64,000 nt of DNA, taken from Octopus sinensis. Its lineage: Eukaryota. Each line of letters starts with the position of its first letter. The stretch's first letter is position 1. The notes beneath the pieces were generated by a model, which did no database searches, had not been told where the DNA came from, and worked only from the letters and a program-made list of their open reading frames with translations. Where the stretch lies: positions 5,208,001 through 5,272,000 of the forward strand of contig NC_043001.1 in assembly GCF_006345805.1 (NCBI RefSeq). The letters run 5' to 3'. Position numbers and translations under genes: made by a program. Below, in pieces: positions 14,194 to 28,162 of the stretch.

Positions 14194-14340
14194 CGGGAAG
14201 TTTTACGAAAATAAACAAAAGACGAAGGCAGGTGGAGTACAAACAAACAATGTATTAGCATGGCGCTCAGGAATAGAAATAAAACAAGTCTTTTACGTTT
14301 CGAGCCTACGTTCTTCGACAGAAAGATACACAGAAAAGAA
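14190..14340 (+). repeat. (TA)n-flanked interspersed repeat (family of 1995-2070)
   Basis: Sequence similarity to 1995-2070. Confidence 0.6.
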
Positions 14341-14629
14341 ACAAGGAGAGAAACTAGGAGAGAAAAAAAAATTGCGTGTAGGGGCTAACGATCCAACATG
14401 GCGTTCTGATTTCAGGCAGAAGTCAGAAATCAGAGGTCAGACGTTAGACGCTAGAGGAATAGTAGGGGAGATAACAGGGTGAAGTGACCTCGCCCCAACA
14501 TGAAGGTGCGTGTGTGCATAAGAGAGTATGTATGTGCATGTGGAAGAGGGCTGGTGGTCTGGACGTGTGAATGTATCTATGATGTGATGTGTAATGTCGT
14601 ATGGTGTAGTATAGTATGGTGTGATATTG

Positions 14630-15035
14630 TGGGGAGGTGGGGGCGAGAGTGGGGAAAGCCCATGTGGGGTGTGGGTTCGGCTACAGGGTTGGGTAGAGGG
14701 GGGTTGTGGGGAGAGTGAGAGGGGGAGAGAAGATAGAGAAGGGGATGAGAGGAGGAGGGGAGGGAGAAATGAGTGGAGTGGAGGAGGAGGAGGGAGAGGA
14801 GAAGGAAGGAAATGAGGAGAAGGAGGGGGAGGGAAGGGGAAATGAGGGGAGATGGAGAGGAGGGGAGGGGGAGATAAGAGGAATCAGGGAGCAGAGAGAA
14901 AGAGAGAGGGGGAAGAGGGAAGAAGAAAGAAGAAAGAAGAAGAGGGTAGAAGGGAAAGAAGGGAAGAGGAGGGAAAGAGAGTAGGGGTAAAAAGATGAAG
15001 GACTGAAGAGAAGTAGGAGTCGGGGGGAGGTTAGA
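14630..15035. repeat. Polypurine (GA-rich) low-complexity tract
   Basis: Almost only G/A on the + strand from ~14715, with GGGG runs upstream. Confidence 0.85.
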
Positions 15036-15120
15036 TGAAAATATATAATATATACATGTATGTATATATATATACACATATATATGTGTGTTTGTATGTG
15101 TGTGTGTGTATGTATATATA

Positions 15121-15513
15121 CAGGTGTGGTTGTGTGGTAAATAGGTTGCTGACTAACCACATCATTCAATTCCACTGCGTGGCACCATGGGCAAGTGTCT
15201 TCTACTATAGCCTCGGGCCGACTAAACACTTGTAAGTGGGTTTGGTAGACGGAAACTGAAAGAAGCACGTCATATAAATATATATATATGTTTGTCTGTG
15301 TGTGTATTTGTGTAGTTGTGTAGTTGGGTGCGTTTTTGTTTCTCCCCTCCCCCACCATCGCTTGACAACTAATGTTCTTGTGTTTCTGTCACCGTAACCT
15401 AGCGGTTCGGTAAATGGAAGATGGAATATATACCAGGTTTACAAAGAATAAGTCCTGGGGCGATTTTTCGACTAAAGGAGGTTCTCTAGCATGGCCGCAT
15501 TCTAATGACTGAA
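15121..15513 (+). mobile_element. tRNA-derived SINE family A (with internal microsatellite), diverged copy
   Basis: Same architecture as 43146-43610 and 58974-59380: head gtggtaa.tag.ttgct.ac.aaccac, gggcaagtgtcttct, internal TA/TG tract, tail cgactaaagg...agcatggccgca. Confidence 0.85.
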
Positions 15514-15534
15514 ATATATAAAAAACGGTTCACA

Positions 15535-15556
15535 TGTATATATATATATATATATC

Positions 15557-15589
<33 letters not shown>

Positions 15590-15630
15590 CAAGTAAAAAT
15601 AGAAAATGCTAAAATAATTTATATATATAT

Positions 15631-15675
<45 letters not shown>

Positions 15676-15692
15676 ATTTTATATATATTATA

Positions 15693-15757
<65 letters not shown>

Positions 15758-15770
15758 CTATATATATATG
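15535..15770. repeat. (TA)n array containing a short repeat fragment (15585-15620, inverse of 1810-1850)
   Basis: aaaaacaagtaaaaatagaaaatgctaaaataattt is the reverse complement of ~1812-1848. Confidence 0.8.
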
Positions 15771-15771
15771 T

Positions 15772-16096
15772 GTGAGGGCGCGTGGCTTAGTGGTTAGGGC
15801 ATTCGGCTCATGATCGTAAGGTTGTGAGTTCGATTCCCGGCGACGCGTTGTGTCCTTGAGCAAGACACTTTATTTCACGTTGCTCCAGTCCACTCAGCTG
15901 GCAAAAATGAGTTGTACTTGTATTTCAAAGGGTCAGCCTTGTCACTCTCTGTGTCACGCTGATTATCCCCGAGAACTACGTTAAGGGTACACGTGTCTGT
16001 GGAATGCTCAGCCATTTGCACGTTAATTTCACGAGCAAGCTGTTCCGTTGATCGTATCAGCTGGGACCCTCGTCGTCGTAACCGGCGGAGTCTTTT
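15772..16096 (+). mobile_element. tRNA-derived SINE family B, apparently full length and young
   Basis: A box TGGCTTAGTGG, B box GAGTTCGATTC, central gtgtccttgagcaagacac...gtccactcagctg domain; inserted in (TA)n. Confidence 0.9.
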
Positions 16097-16314
16097 ATAT
16101 ATATATATATATATAAAATAGCTTAAAATACGTTTTACCTCATAACGAGAAACTGTGTTCACTTAACATGTTTTAGTATACAAGATTTACATAATATAGA
16201 TTCCGTTCTCATGTCTAGAGCTGTCAGCCACATTGGCGTCTTCACTTGAATAAATGTTCTGCATTATACGTACAGCAGTGGATTTAGGAAATATATTCAG
16301 TGATTGTGTGTGGT

Positions 16315-16350
<36 letters not shown>

Positions 16351-17879
16351 CCATGTGTACATTTTCCAGTCTATGCATGTTTGTTTGTGTGTGTGTATGT
16401 GCGCGCGCGTGTGTGCATGTGTGCGTATGTGTGTGCGCGGCGTGTGCACGGCTATGCCTGAATCCCTTTGTGTTAAGTCTTCCCAGTATTCCTGACTCCG
16501 TGTTATGTGTAACTACTAAAAGTTATATCTATGTGAGTGGAGAAAAAGAGTTAAACGAAATGCAAACTTAATTTTCTGTCCACATAATTTGATATATTTT
16601 CTTTCCAATTTGTTATGTCAAGTTTAGCTCTTGGGTAAATACGTGTAAAAAACACATAAATCGTTATTTATAAGCAGTTAATGAAAGTTGATAACCTCTA
16701 TATTTGCAGAGAAAGTTTTGTCTGAGATGCTTAAGTTTGTTATAAGAAATAAAACTAACTGTATTATCATTTATTTTGTCATTTTTATGAGAGTAAACGT
16801 AGTGTAGATGCAAATATTATTTACATGCATGACCAGATATATAACGTCTTGAATACAAATCAAGTTCTGACGGTGAAGTTAAAGGGATCAGGACATTGTA
16901 CACTCCATACACTCACCTTGCAATAGATATGGGCTAAATTTTGTGTCAAGAATGATAATACGAATTAATGTAACTGATGCTATCATTATTATTATTATTA
17001 TTATCTTTTTAGTTGAATTATTACACAGCAAACAAAGTAACATATTTCTTTTGAACATTTATTGGGATATCATTAACCCATCGTTGTGTTTAGTTGTGCT
17101 TTTAAAATACTACTTAAGAAGTAATTTCTGCCTTGTGGCATCAATATTAACCAAGATATTTTAGTCGAATATGTATACACTTGTATCAGTTATAAAGCAA
17201 TCTATTTTACTGTTCTATTTATATTGTATCTTACACTAAATAGAGCTTCCTTTCAGTTATATATAAAAAAAAACAGAATATCATCCTAGCATAATATATT
17301 AGAATATATTTCCTAACTGATCGTTCACGCCGACAGTTCAGTTGCGTGGTGATAGTGACGAGGACTTACGTGCGAGAAGAGTTTCGTGTCACTTCCTAGA
17401 ATCTGATCATAAATCAACTTTTAAGAGAGTGGAATAAGATAAGGGAAAGTACAGAGAATCCGTTCTTCTCGAAGAGTGAATGTTTTAAGGGTGTAAAGCA
17501 TGGATGTAGCTTGCTCCTTTACATATGGACGTGAATTTTTCTCATTTTTTATTATATATTTTTTACTTGTATGATAGTAAAGATGTGTCTTTCAAAGTTA
17601 TCTAGCTTTTAAAAATTTTGCAGGTTTATTTTTTATCTCTAATGCAATGAAATGCGAAGGAAAACCAGATTTGCGATTAAGGACATTTGTGTTGTGTAAG
17701 ATTTGGGTGTTACCATGTCGATGAAAATCATTTTAGGAGAGTTACCATAATTCTAGAAGATCGAAAGAATTGTGTGGCATTAGAAATGAAACGATGGAGC
17801 ATCGTATAGAATGCATGTATATGATAAGATTCACGATATACACCAAATCAGTTATTTTTTTATTTTAAAACGAAGATAT

Positions 17880-18025
17880 TCTTTTCTAGTCTAGGCACAA
17901 TGCCCTAAATTTTGAAGGAGGGGATCAGTCGATAAGATCGACACCAGTACGCAACTGGTAATTAATTTATCGACTCCGAGAGGATGAAAGGCAAAGTCAA
18001 CCTCGGCGGAACTTGAACTTAGTGC
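17880..18025 (-). mobile_element. SINE family C fragment
   Basis: Core ttccgccgaggttgactttgcctttcatcct..cggagtcgataaatta on the minus strand, shared with the 20.5, 32.5, 55.7, 56.1 and 57.3 kb copies. Confidence 0.8.
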
Positions 18026-18127
18026 TAATGTGTCTTATTTCTTTATAGCCAACAGGGGGATAAACATAGAAGGGACAAAGAAGGACAGACAAAGGAATTA
18101 AGTCGATTACATCGACTCCAGTACGTA

Positions 18128-18311
18128 ACTGGTACCCGCGTGAGCGGAAAAGACCACCCGGAAGATCTCCACGGCGGTGGAGTTATGATTTCAGGAGGAC
18201 GATTGGGATCACTTGGATGAGAAATGCTCGTTCCAGAGAGGAGTGGAAAGCGTGCTGTGACCAGCAGTGTCAAATGGACGCCTGACGAACTGGTCGGTCA
18301 AAGTGATCAAA

Positions 18312-18316
<5 letters not shown>
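18128..18316 (+). mobile_element. 5'-truncated RTE-clade LINE 3' end
   Basis: Translation WYPRERKRPPGRSPRRWSYDFRRTIGITWMRNARSREEWKACCDQQCQMDA*, followed by a tandem (caaagtgat)2 tail. Confidence 0.8.
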
Positions 18317-18342
<26 letters not shown>

Positions 18343-19149
18343 GGATGAGATTATTCGATGGAAAATAATGAAGCTAGGATATTTGCTACTTAGTTTTGGC
18401 GGAACCGAATGGGAAAACTCATTCACATCTAAATTCGTTTCAGTGATAGAGGAGTGTTCTAATATATATTTTCTGTCCTACTTGGATTTCGAATGTAACA
18501 TCAGTCTAAGCCTCTTTGAAAGATTTATTGGAAACAGACACACCATTGAACTACAGAACACAGGTTTATTGAAAATAGCATCATACTGAAGTGTGTGATT
18601 AAAAATCCTGTTACGATTGATAATGCCACTGTATTCAATATATTTTCGAATACGTCACATATCATCGCTGGCATTGATATTATCTCACAGAATTTATAAT
18701 TTTATCGCTTAAGAATTAAAATGTAATTAACATTTCCTCTCAGGCTAAATTTGACAGTTTCCATAAAAGGAAGAGAAAACACAAACTCCCATCCAAAAAG
18801 AAAACATATTTTTTAAAGATTCTAAATTACGAACTAGATTATGACTGAGAAACAACATTTTACTTAAAGAAGCTTTCGGCTACTTTAAGTAAAGACTGCT
18901 CCTAAATCTAGCGTATCTATTCCTCATTTTATCCCCAACGACAAATTCATCGAACCCTTCTTCTGTCTTAACATCCAGCTAGATATTTTGTTGCTGCTGC
19001 TTCTGCTACTGCTGTTACTGGTAGAGAGATTGATGTTTTTTTCTCAACTATGCTCCACACATAGTAATCCATGCGATTAAAATTCGGGGTATTAGAATAC
19101 TAGAAAGGGAGGCTGGTGAAGTCATATAAATGCTTGACAACCACTACTG

Positions 19150-19400
19150 ACTGTTTCCGAGGTTTAACAATGAATCGAACCATTCTGCCGCACATATACC
19201 ATCCCAGAAATGTTTTGTCCTCACATAACTATTTGAATTGAGCGCAAGGCCCTGTTCAAAGCTGTGAAGATAATCTTCAGCGCTTGAACATAATGAGCAT
19301 GTCTTCTCTCTGCATTCCTGCAAGTCACGGTTTCGTAGACCCCGTTGCAACACGTCACTTTCCGTCTTATGACTTGCAGTCCTCCATGTAATTTAAGTGT
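19150..19400 (-). mobile_element. Decayed Tc1/mariner (maT/DD37D-like) transposase fragment
   Basis: HSFEQGLALNSNSYV followed by VYVRQNGS resembles the HIFEQGLRLNSDGYV...PYVWQQDSAP segment. Confidence 0.6.
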
Positions 19401-20484
19401 TTTCCAACTAGAAATTTAAGTTTATGCTTTCAAATGCTATTAACCCTCACATCAAGCTCTTCCCGAGAAGAAGGGACATAATATGGTCAAATTTATCTCA
19501 AACATTGTAGTCTTATTACTGTATCATGAAAACGAATCTACAACTAGTTTTGCCATACTCCATGTTACATCAGTAAGAAAAGAGCTTTAAATTAGGCTAT
19601 ATTTTGCAATTAGCTTATAAATAAGAAACAAGGGAAATTTCTTTATTCCTTTCTTCCATTTCTAGGGCAATACAACATTCTTTCCAAAGCAACATTCATG
19701 GAGCCAGTATAAAGATATACCCCGAGAGGAATTTGAGGTCAAAATTGAAAACCAGTTAAAGATAATAAAATGCATGTATTTAAGTAGATAAATCTTCTTT
19801 GTTTGCACTCCCCATTTTATTATTTTTTTCACTAAGAGTGGGTGGAAGGACAGATGTATTATAGAGACACCTTATATATACTTGGGAGCAAATTGCCTAA
19901 CGCTTCACTGAAACGACGCCGATTATATCCAGGGAAAACTTAATGGCAGACAAACTGTTCCTAGGAGAACAATTGAACAGTGAGAATGAACAAAAACGGT
20001 AATATATATATGAAAAAATTCGCAAATAATTGTTAAAATCACCACGTCTGTATAATGTGAGGAAGTTCTTAGTTTATTTATATAGAAATTCATTTGAGAC
20101 GAGAGCAAACACTCAAAAATATTATCTAAATTGTCAACTGCCATACCGGTCATATGCGATAAGTACATAAAGCGACCTGATTATGCCAAAATATCCAAAG
20201 AATTCCGCTGTTAAACGTTTCAATAATCATGAGGTAACGAAGAACTCTTTATTGTCCCGTGAGTTTCGACTCGCTCAAAATTATACGTCTGTAAGCGTAG
20301 TATACTCTATCTTCCAACGAACTATCTGGTATACTTATTATGTCTTGTTTAGTTTCCAAGACTAATCAACAAACGTATGTGGATTCTAAAGGTTGATCGT
20401 TAATCCTTATAAATTAATCGATAGTCGTTAATCCTTATACATATTTCTTAGGTATAAAATGACTTTCGATATCTTAATAATGCA

Positions 20485-20700
20485 TATGAGGGGCCGAAAT
20501 GGTAGAACCGTTACTGCGTCGGACAAAATTATTAGCGACATTACTTTCGAATTTAGTTTCTAAGTTGAAATGCCCCTTAGGTTGATCCTTTCTTCCTCCT
20601 TCCGGAGTCGTGAAAATATCGAGCACTGGGGCTCGATGTGGTAGGTTTACTCATATCTCGCAAAATAGCTGAGCTTGTGTCAAACGTTCAAACCAATATC
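20485..20700 (+). mobile_element. SINE family C, degenerate
   Basis: gaaatggtagaacc...gttgatcctttcttcctccttccggagtcgtgaaaata...agcactggggctcgatgt. Confidence 0.65.
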
Positions 20701-20986
20701 TTGATAATTCATAACACTCCAGTATAATCTAGAAATACACAACCCAGTATGTTTCCTACTGATTGTGTATGGCGCACCCTCAGTTCATTCTGAGGAAAAT
20801 ATCAGGACAGCCCATGAGTTCTTTCTGATTTTACCTCTTTTTAAAACCGAATGAAATTTAAAAGCATTTTAGAATGTGTTATAGAATTAAAAATTAAAGT
20901 TACGCACTTTTGTACATTTAAATTAATTACATATTATTTTACAGAATAATAGAATTAAAATGTCTTTGAATAAAGCTTTTTCTAAC

Positions 20987-22079
20987 ATGGAAGAATCGAA
21001 AGAGCGTTTGAGACACATAATGCTTTATTAGTACAAAAAAGGAAACTCTGCTGGCGAAACGACTCGAAATATACACTCAGTTTATAGGAAAGAATGCTTG
21101 AATGAAAGAACTTGCAGAAGATGTTATGAAAAATTAAAAAGTGGAGATTTCTGCCTTGAAAATGAAGATCGAAGTCCTGTTGAGTCTGAGGATAAGATCC
21201 TTCAGGAAAAACTTGAAGAAAATCCTGCATTATCAGTTGCAGAATTGGCAATAAAGCTTACTTCAAACCATACAAGTGTTCATCGTCATCTTCAACAACT
21301 TGGAAAGGTTCCTAAACTTGGAAAATGAGTGTTTCATGAATTGTCCGAAAGTAACCGCAAATCCCGAGTTGACATCTGCTCTTTTCTTCATTGTCGCGAA
21401 CTCATTTCACACTTTTTGGATAGACGTGTGACTGGTGACGAAAAATAGATCTTATATTGAAATGTTAAACTTCGTAAACAGTGGCTTGGTAAAAAGGAAA
21501 AAAACTCAATCACAACCGAGAAGGGAACTTCATAGAAAACGGTTCTTCTCTCTATCTAATGGGATTGCAAAGGGGTAATTCACATTGAATTGTTACTATA
21601 TAATGCAACAACCAATGCTCAAGTCTACTGTCTGCAATTAGAGCGTTTGAACCAAGCTTTGAAGTAAAAAATACTTGCTTTAGTGAATCGTAAAGGAATG
21701 ATGTTTCATCAGGTCAATACGCGACCCCACACTGTAAAAATCACATCACAGTAGAGGGAAGAGGCTGGTTGGAAAAAAATTCCTCGTCAACCTTATTCTC
21801 CAGCCCTTGCACTTTCAGACTACCATTTGTTTCGTAGTTTACAGAATCATTTGTGGGACATAACTTTCGCAAGCCAGGAGGAGATCGAAACTGACGTTTT
21901 AGAGTTCTTCGCTTTGAAACCAAAAGTGTCTTAAATTGATGGGATTAAAATACTTTAAATAGATGGAAGGATGTCATAGGTAATCAGAGAAAGTACATTG
22001 AATATTAAATTTCAATTAACATTTGATAAGTTGTTTCCTTTATTCCAAATTCGTTCAGAACTTATGGGATAACCTGATA
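20987..22079 (+). pseudogene. Near-full-length mariner (DD34D) transposase pseudogene with right TIR; left TIR not seen
   Basis: ATG at 20987. GK*VFHELSE (WVPHEL), VTGDEK*ILY, FHQVNTRPH (HDNARPH), PYSPALALSDYHLFRSLQNHL (YSPDLAPSDY); multiple stops and frameshifts. TIR aacttatgggataacctga followed by TA at 22078-22079. Confidence 0.92.
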
Positions 22080-23644
22080 TTAAGGGAAACATATGACCCG
22101 TGTAGTCTTGTTAAGATAGGTCGCTCCTTAATTAAAATGGACGAATATTTTTTAGATATTTGTGTGGTAATTACTAATACCTTATATGCAGCAAAACGTT
22201 CTTCAAAACCCAATGAATTTGCACCTATCTATAGTGCATGCATAGATATATTCACCGTATATTTCTGAATCAGTTAAAGACTTTATTTTATAGATTTCTA
22301 GGAAAACATTCTCCATGTGATTTGAATATTACGTGGGCAATATATTGCCGTGAATATTTTAACTAAATAAGTATATAACTCACGTAAAGCGCTAATTCTT
22401 ATGTCGCTATGTAGTTTATGTAAATGATAATAAACGAATAATAGATTGAACGATTCCTTAAGTATGTTTACAGTAAAGAAAAACTTTAATTTTGAAGAGA
22501 ACGTCGCGTGATTGTTGACTACACTCTGACAACATACTTTTATTTTAACAAAATATATATAATTGTGTAAAAGAGAGATGTTTGCATGTAAAACGTTTTG
22601 TTTATTTCGTAATAATCAGCTGCGTTTATTTTTCTTACATGTTTCGAAGAAATTGTTTTGGAAACAGCCTTGTGTAATTTATTCATTTATACGTGGGCAA
22701 TGCAATAATGAATGAAATAGTCATTTCATTTATTTTGCTTTAGAATTTATATTCTTTCTTTCTATTCTTTGTCTGTTTATAATCACAATTACTGAATCAT
22801 TATTAATAAAATTAATTAGATTATACGCACATTGCTTTAGTATTACTATTGTGATCTCTATCCTTATCATTAAACAGAGCACAGAAAAATGTGCACGTTT
22901 ATGTAATATACCCCGTCATGTGGCTCTCCCCCGAAATAACGGGCCTTCTACTCGACATTTGACATCAATATATAAACCAATATTTTTTTTTCCATATTGC
23001 AATCTTCAGTTTTCTTGCTTCTCAGTGGGTATGTGTCATTTTCACATTTACAATTCTTCCGTGCTATTTGATTCTATTGAAAGGAAACGTGTAATTCTAG
23101 TCAGCAATTCCTTTGCAATATCTTTGACTATGCTATAATTCTGTCTCGAAGAGATGCATCAGGATTTCCTTGTTTATTGCACTGCATTACGATCTATTAT
23201 ATGTCAAGGATCGTTTCAAACAATATCCCCAATTCTTCACAATATACAATCCAATTGCTGACATTTACATTCCATATATTCACCAAACAATACAATTTCC
23301 AGTCTCTTTTAGATTTGGAAATGTAATTTACAGAACATTTGAAACAGATTTTGTTTTTTGCAATTGTGTCTTCTGTCCTTTCAAACTCAAAATGTAGAAA
23401 GTTCCTTTGTCATAAAATTCCTTTTCAATGCGTTGATACCAAAACAATCAACAACGAATATTTCAAAGCAAAATTTCTACGTTTGATTATATACATTCAT
23501 AATATACTCATCAACTCATTAACTCGCGTGCGCACACTCACGCACATGGACACACACACACATATAGAAGTACACACAAACACAAAAATAATCACTCAAT
23601 TATAAGACTAAAAATGTTTATCGTTTATTTGCTTCCCCCTTCTT

Positions 23645-23937
23645 TCCTGAGTGTGGCCATCCTGGGGCAGCAACTTGAATTATTTTAGACGAACAAATCT
23701 ATCCCAGTATTTGTTGTCAGTACTGGTTGTTAAGCAGTGAAGTGAAGGGGGGCACAGGCACTAAGGCGCGCACACACACACAAGACAAGTTTTATTTCAA
23801 TTCCTTGTACCAAATTCACTCACACGTTTTACTTTAGCACTATGCTATATTAAAAGACACTTACCTAAATTCCCGGGACTAAACCCGGAATCATGTGATT
23901 AAGGAACAATCTTCTTTCCACATAACCACGCTTGCAA
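23645..23937 (-). mobile_element. SINE family A, degenerate
   Basis: Reverse-complement similarity to the family A head and tail. Confidence 0.6.
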
Positions 23938-24404
23938 CTATATATATTTACATTTACGTATAAGTATATATGTGTTCATTACAATATAAGTGTGTATATA
24001 TTCATCGAAGGATCTGTTGCATGAACATCATTATATAGTAGGACACTATGAAGTTCCTGTACAATATTCATTTCAACATCAATGTTTCTAAACATTTTAC
24101 GAAAAGATTTTATGACATGCACACTATATGCGTTTTCAGTGCTGTCTCATTAAACACATATTTCATCAGCGAACCTTAAGTTTGTTTATTTGCTGATCTC
24201 ATTGTGGTCACGAAAGTGTTCATTATATCGCTAATAATATTGGCGGATTATTCTTTTACATTTATTTCTATCTTGCTTTCTAACCTTCTAGCGGCAATTG
24301 GATGCCAGCATATGTTATTGTAAACAATGTATGTGTTTGATTGTGTGTCTGTGCCCGCACACATATGCATACATGCATTTCAACAATTAAGCAATATGTG
24401 TACA

Positions 24405-24406
24405 TA

Positions 24407-24501
<95 letters not shown>

Positions 24502-24559
24502 GCATGTATGTATACACTCAATCAAATACACATGTATTAAATAAACACAAACATGTGTG

Positions 24560-24607
<48 letters not shown>

Positions 24608-24665
24608 ATGTGTGTGTGTGTGTGTGTGTCTATGTGCATGAGTGCGTGTTTGTGCTGTGTGCGTG
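24405..24665. repeat. (TA)n/(TG)n microsatellite cluster
   Basis: Direct inspection. Confidence 0.9.
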
Positions 24666-25743
24666 TATGAATAAAACAAACGAGTAAATCCTAGATTTAA
24701 TTAATTGTTCCATGTTGGAGCAAATCCATCAATAAAGAATCGCGCCGTTAATTTCGTTATTGGATTCCTGAAATTGTAGGATTCTTGAATTTCTTCTAAT
24801 ACAAATCGAACTACCATAATTTATCATGATTACTTCTAAAATTCATTGCTTCACTCCTCTCATTCACTGAATCGATGGCATTCTCCTTCTTCTCTTATAT
24901 CTTCATTTTTACTTTGTTTATTATTTTCTAATTCAAATTACTATTAATATTATTATTGTCATTATCTTCTTCTTCCTTTTCCTCTTCTTCGTCATCATCA
25001 TCATCATCGCCATCATCATCATAACTTTTAGTGCACTTGTGTTTACAATTGCCTCCGCCCGTGTTGCTGCACGTAGTAGTTGGTTTCATTCTTCTTTATA
25101 ATCTTCATTTCGCCATTGTTATAATTATTATCGTTGTTGATTTTGTTGTTGACGTTATTCCTGTTGTTATTGCCATTCTAATCATTACCATCAACACCAT
25201 AATTATTTCGTTTCATATTACTTGGGAATATGATGTACATCACTTGTGAATTATATTGTTTAAATCGATGCCATTTTAAAAAGTTCCAACTCAGTTCAAA
25301 TTTATAATATCCACCTTCAGACGTTGACCACCTAAGAACGAAAACATTGCCTCATGGCTACGGTGTAAACAGATCAGGACTCCATGATCTTCAAAGACTC
25401 AACTCTAATATATTAATTTAAAAATTAATTTGGTTCCAATAAAACCTTAGCGAGCACAGGGCACAATCTTTTCGATATCGACCTCGCAGTAGGGTTCTTA
25501 TTGTACTCCAAGTAGTTTAAATTCTCGCAACATGGTTCGCCTTGTGCTCCAGGTTGTTTTGACTTAGTGTAATATCATGTGAATGGTGTTATTTTTCTGT
25601 ATTAACGACCGAGTAGATAGTAAATCACACACACACACACACAACACACATAAGAATCTCCCATTTCTCCCGAGCACCAAACTATTGCACTTGTTTTTTC
25701 CTACACCTCTCTACGTCTTTGTTTTTGTATAGACTTCAATTTT

Positions 25744-25744
<1 letters not shown>

Positions 25745-25779
<35 letters not shown>

Positions 25780-25804
25780 TAGATAGATATATAGACACTC
25801 ACAC

Positions 25805-25898
<94 letters not shown>

Positions 25899-25990
25899 AA
25901 TGTAATATGTGACATTTATTCGGTACCAAGATAATACTCCGACATTCGGATGCCGAGGTGGAAATCCACGCCACAATCTCTTCAGTTCTA

Positions 25991-26044
<54 letters not shown>

Positions 26045-26055
26045 ATATATATATA

Positions 26056-26094
<39 letters not shown>

Positions 26095-26240
26095 CATATG
26101 CATATGTGAATATGCATCTGTGTGTCTGTGTGCTCCAGCATGACAACAGCCGCATGTCTGAAACGAGTAAAACAGTAAAAGAGTACACACACACACACAC
26201 ATATACATGCATATATATGTATTTACATATATATATATTA
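25745..26240. repeat. (TA)n/(CA)n/(CT)n compound microsatellites
   Basis: Direct inspection. Confidence 0.9.
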
Positions 26241-26480
26241 CAGTTTTATATTTAAGAGATGAGGAATTAAGTACATTATTTACATTTGATAGATATTTTC
26301 CATCATCTTATTTGTTGTCAACACACCATTTCGGTTGATGTACCTTCCAGCCCTCACGGGTGTCTTGAGGAAATTTCGAACCTGGATTCTCATTCCTAAG
26401 GTATTTTTCCATGTTATGTAGGGTATATCAGAAAGAAGATGAGCAAAAATATTCATCAAATAAATAATATAAATAATGTA
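26241..26480. mobile_element. Fold-back MITE family (also 37268-37737 and ~40300-40420)
   Basis: cagttttatatttaagagatgaggaatta...cattatttacatttga is the reverse complement of 37680-37737; the copy has imperfect inverted ends. Confidence 0.7.
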
Positions 26481-27300
26481 CATACGTGTGTGTGTTTGTG
26501 TGTGAGTGTGTTTGCGTGCGTGTGTGTGTATGTGTGTATGCCCATACATAGAGACATATAAACATATCTAAGCATTTATACATAAACATAAATCCATATG
26601 TATTTGTGTATGTGTGCATGTACGTATGCATAAATGTGAGATACAGTGTAACAGTTTCTGTGTGAGTATATTCGTCTGTGGCCTACGTGTGTTACTATGA
26701 ATGTTTTTTTTATTTATTTCGTGTGTATATGTGTGTGTGCTTATAGCAAACAAATGCATAGCATAGGAAGTGTAGTGTATGTCAGAAATATGTCTGTAAG
26801 AATTTGGCAATCAATGTATAAGTTACCGAGACTTATGGAATAAATAACAGAAATTAATATCCCATTAATATAATTACAAATATATATTTCCTAAATGCTG
26901 CTAGCTTGAAAGTTGTTTTTTTTTCTCGTTTATTTTTCCTATTTATTTCATTCTTTTGTGTCTCTCCGATATTTTCAATGTTTCTCTTATGCAATTTGGT
27001 GAGAATTTTATTTCAACATTTGTTATTGAAAATTTTCCGTCTACATCATTAACAGTATTCTATATGGCATTCTTTTCGTCGTAGGTTTATAATCTCCCCT
27101 TACATAATATTCAATTTAAGCTTTGGCACATTTCCAGATAATAGCTGGGAGCATATATTTCATTAAATTCTATGGTATACTTATCTGATATTTTGATTTA
27201 TCGGGCCGTGTCTATGAAAAACTAAAATAAATATCACCTGGATTTGAACCAAATCCGTTAACGATAAAATTTTGAATGTACGCAACATTTTTTCTTTCAG

Positions 27301-27391
27301 TTGCCTGTTTCTGTCATTCTGGTGACACCTGTTCCATTCAAGTTTCTCAGCCAGTTATAAATATGCAGTTTCTGACCTTACAATCTGCCAG
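27301..27391 (+). CDS. Candidate internal exon (unverified), xACFCHSGDTCSIQVSQPVINMQFLTLQSAR
   Basis: Acceptor catttttTCTTTCAG| and donor CCAG|GTAAAA; one open frame. No recognised homology. Confidence 0.3.
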
Positions 27392-28162
27392 GTAAAACGA
27401 TGTAACGTTTGATACTCCCATAATAAGGATATATATATATATATATATATACATATACACACAGAAATACGCTTGCGTGACAAAACAGTCCATTAAATGC
27501 AGATTGTGTAAAGGGATTCTCTCTCTTTCCTTCTCTTTTTCTGGGACTGCCGGTGTGTCTCTGTCTCCCTCTATCTGTGTTTCCCTCTTTTCCTTTTATT
27601 ATTTATCTATTTCTTGATATCATTCTCTGAAGAAGGGGCACACGGATAATCTATTGCAGAAAGAAAAAAAAATTCTTGGAATCGATGTATTTTTGGGTGG
27701 TATTCTTTCCATTGAAGGTAATTCGACAAAAGACGATATTCCTAGGAAATGTTTATGAATTGATAGTGTTTGTTATATGTTGAATTTTGCTCGTTTATTA
27801 TTATACATTGCAAATATCTAGGTAAATTTTACTTACGGTGATATCAATTATTGCAATAGGACACGAGCTCACGAAACAATAAATTGTGGTACAACTCTGC
27901 CAGCACCAATGGAATTGTATGGCATGAATCACATGGGAAGCATATTGTTACCTTCATGGAAAGAAACCTAAAATATTGGTTTATATTTGATACTGCTCCC
28001 GGATTTCTAGTACAATGGGAATAGAAATAAAGAATATTCGCCCCACTTGAATACCCACACTGAAATTCTGCGACGTACTCACCGTAGTCTTTTAACATAT
28101 TGCATGAAAAAGTGAATTCAAAAATATGTTTTGTAATAGGAGAAAATATATTTTCTGAAAAG

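Noticed and set aside
14394-14404. YY1-like CAACATGGCG motif
   Set aside because: Single short motif inside repeat-derived sequence; no other promoter evidence
15775-15850. tRNA-like sequence with A and B boxes (also 39980-40052 and 40480-40537)
   Set aside because: No complete acceptor stem, and each continues into a SINE body; these are SINE heads, not tRNA genes
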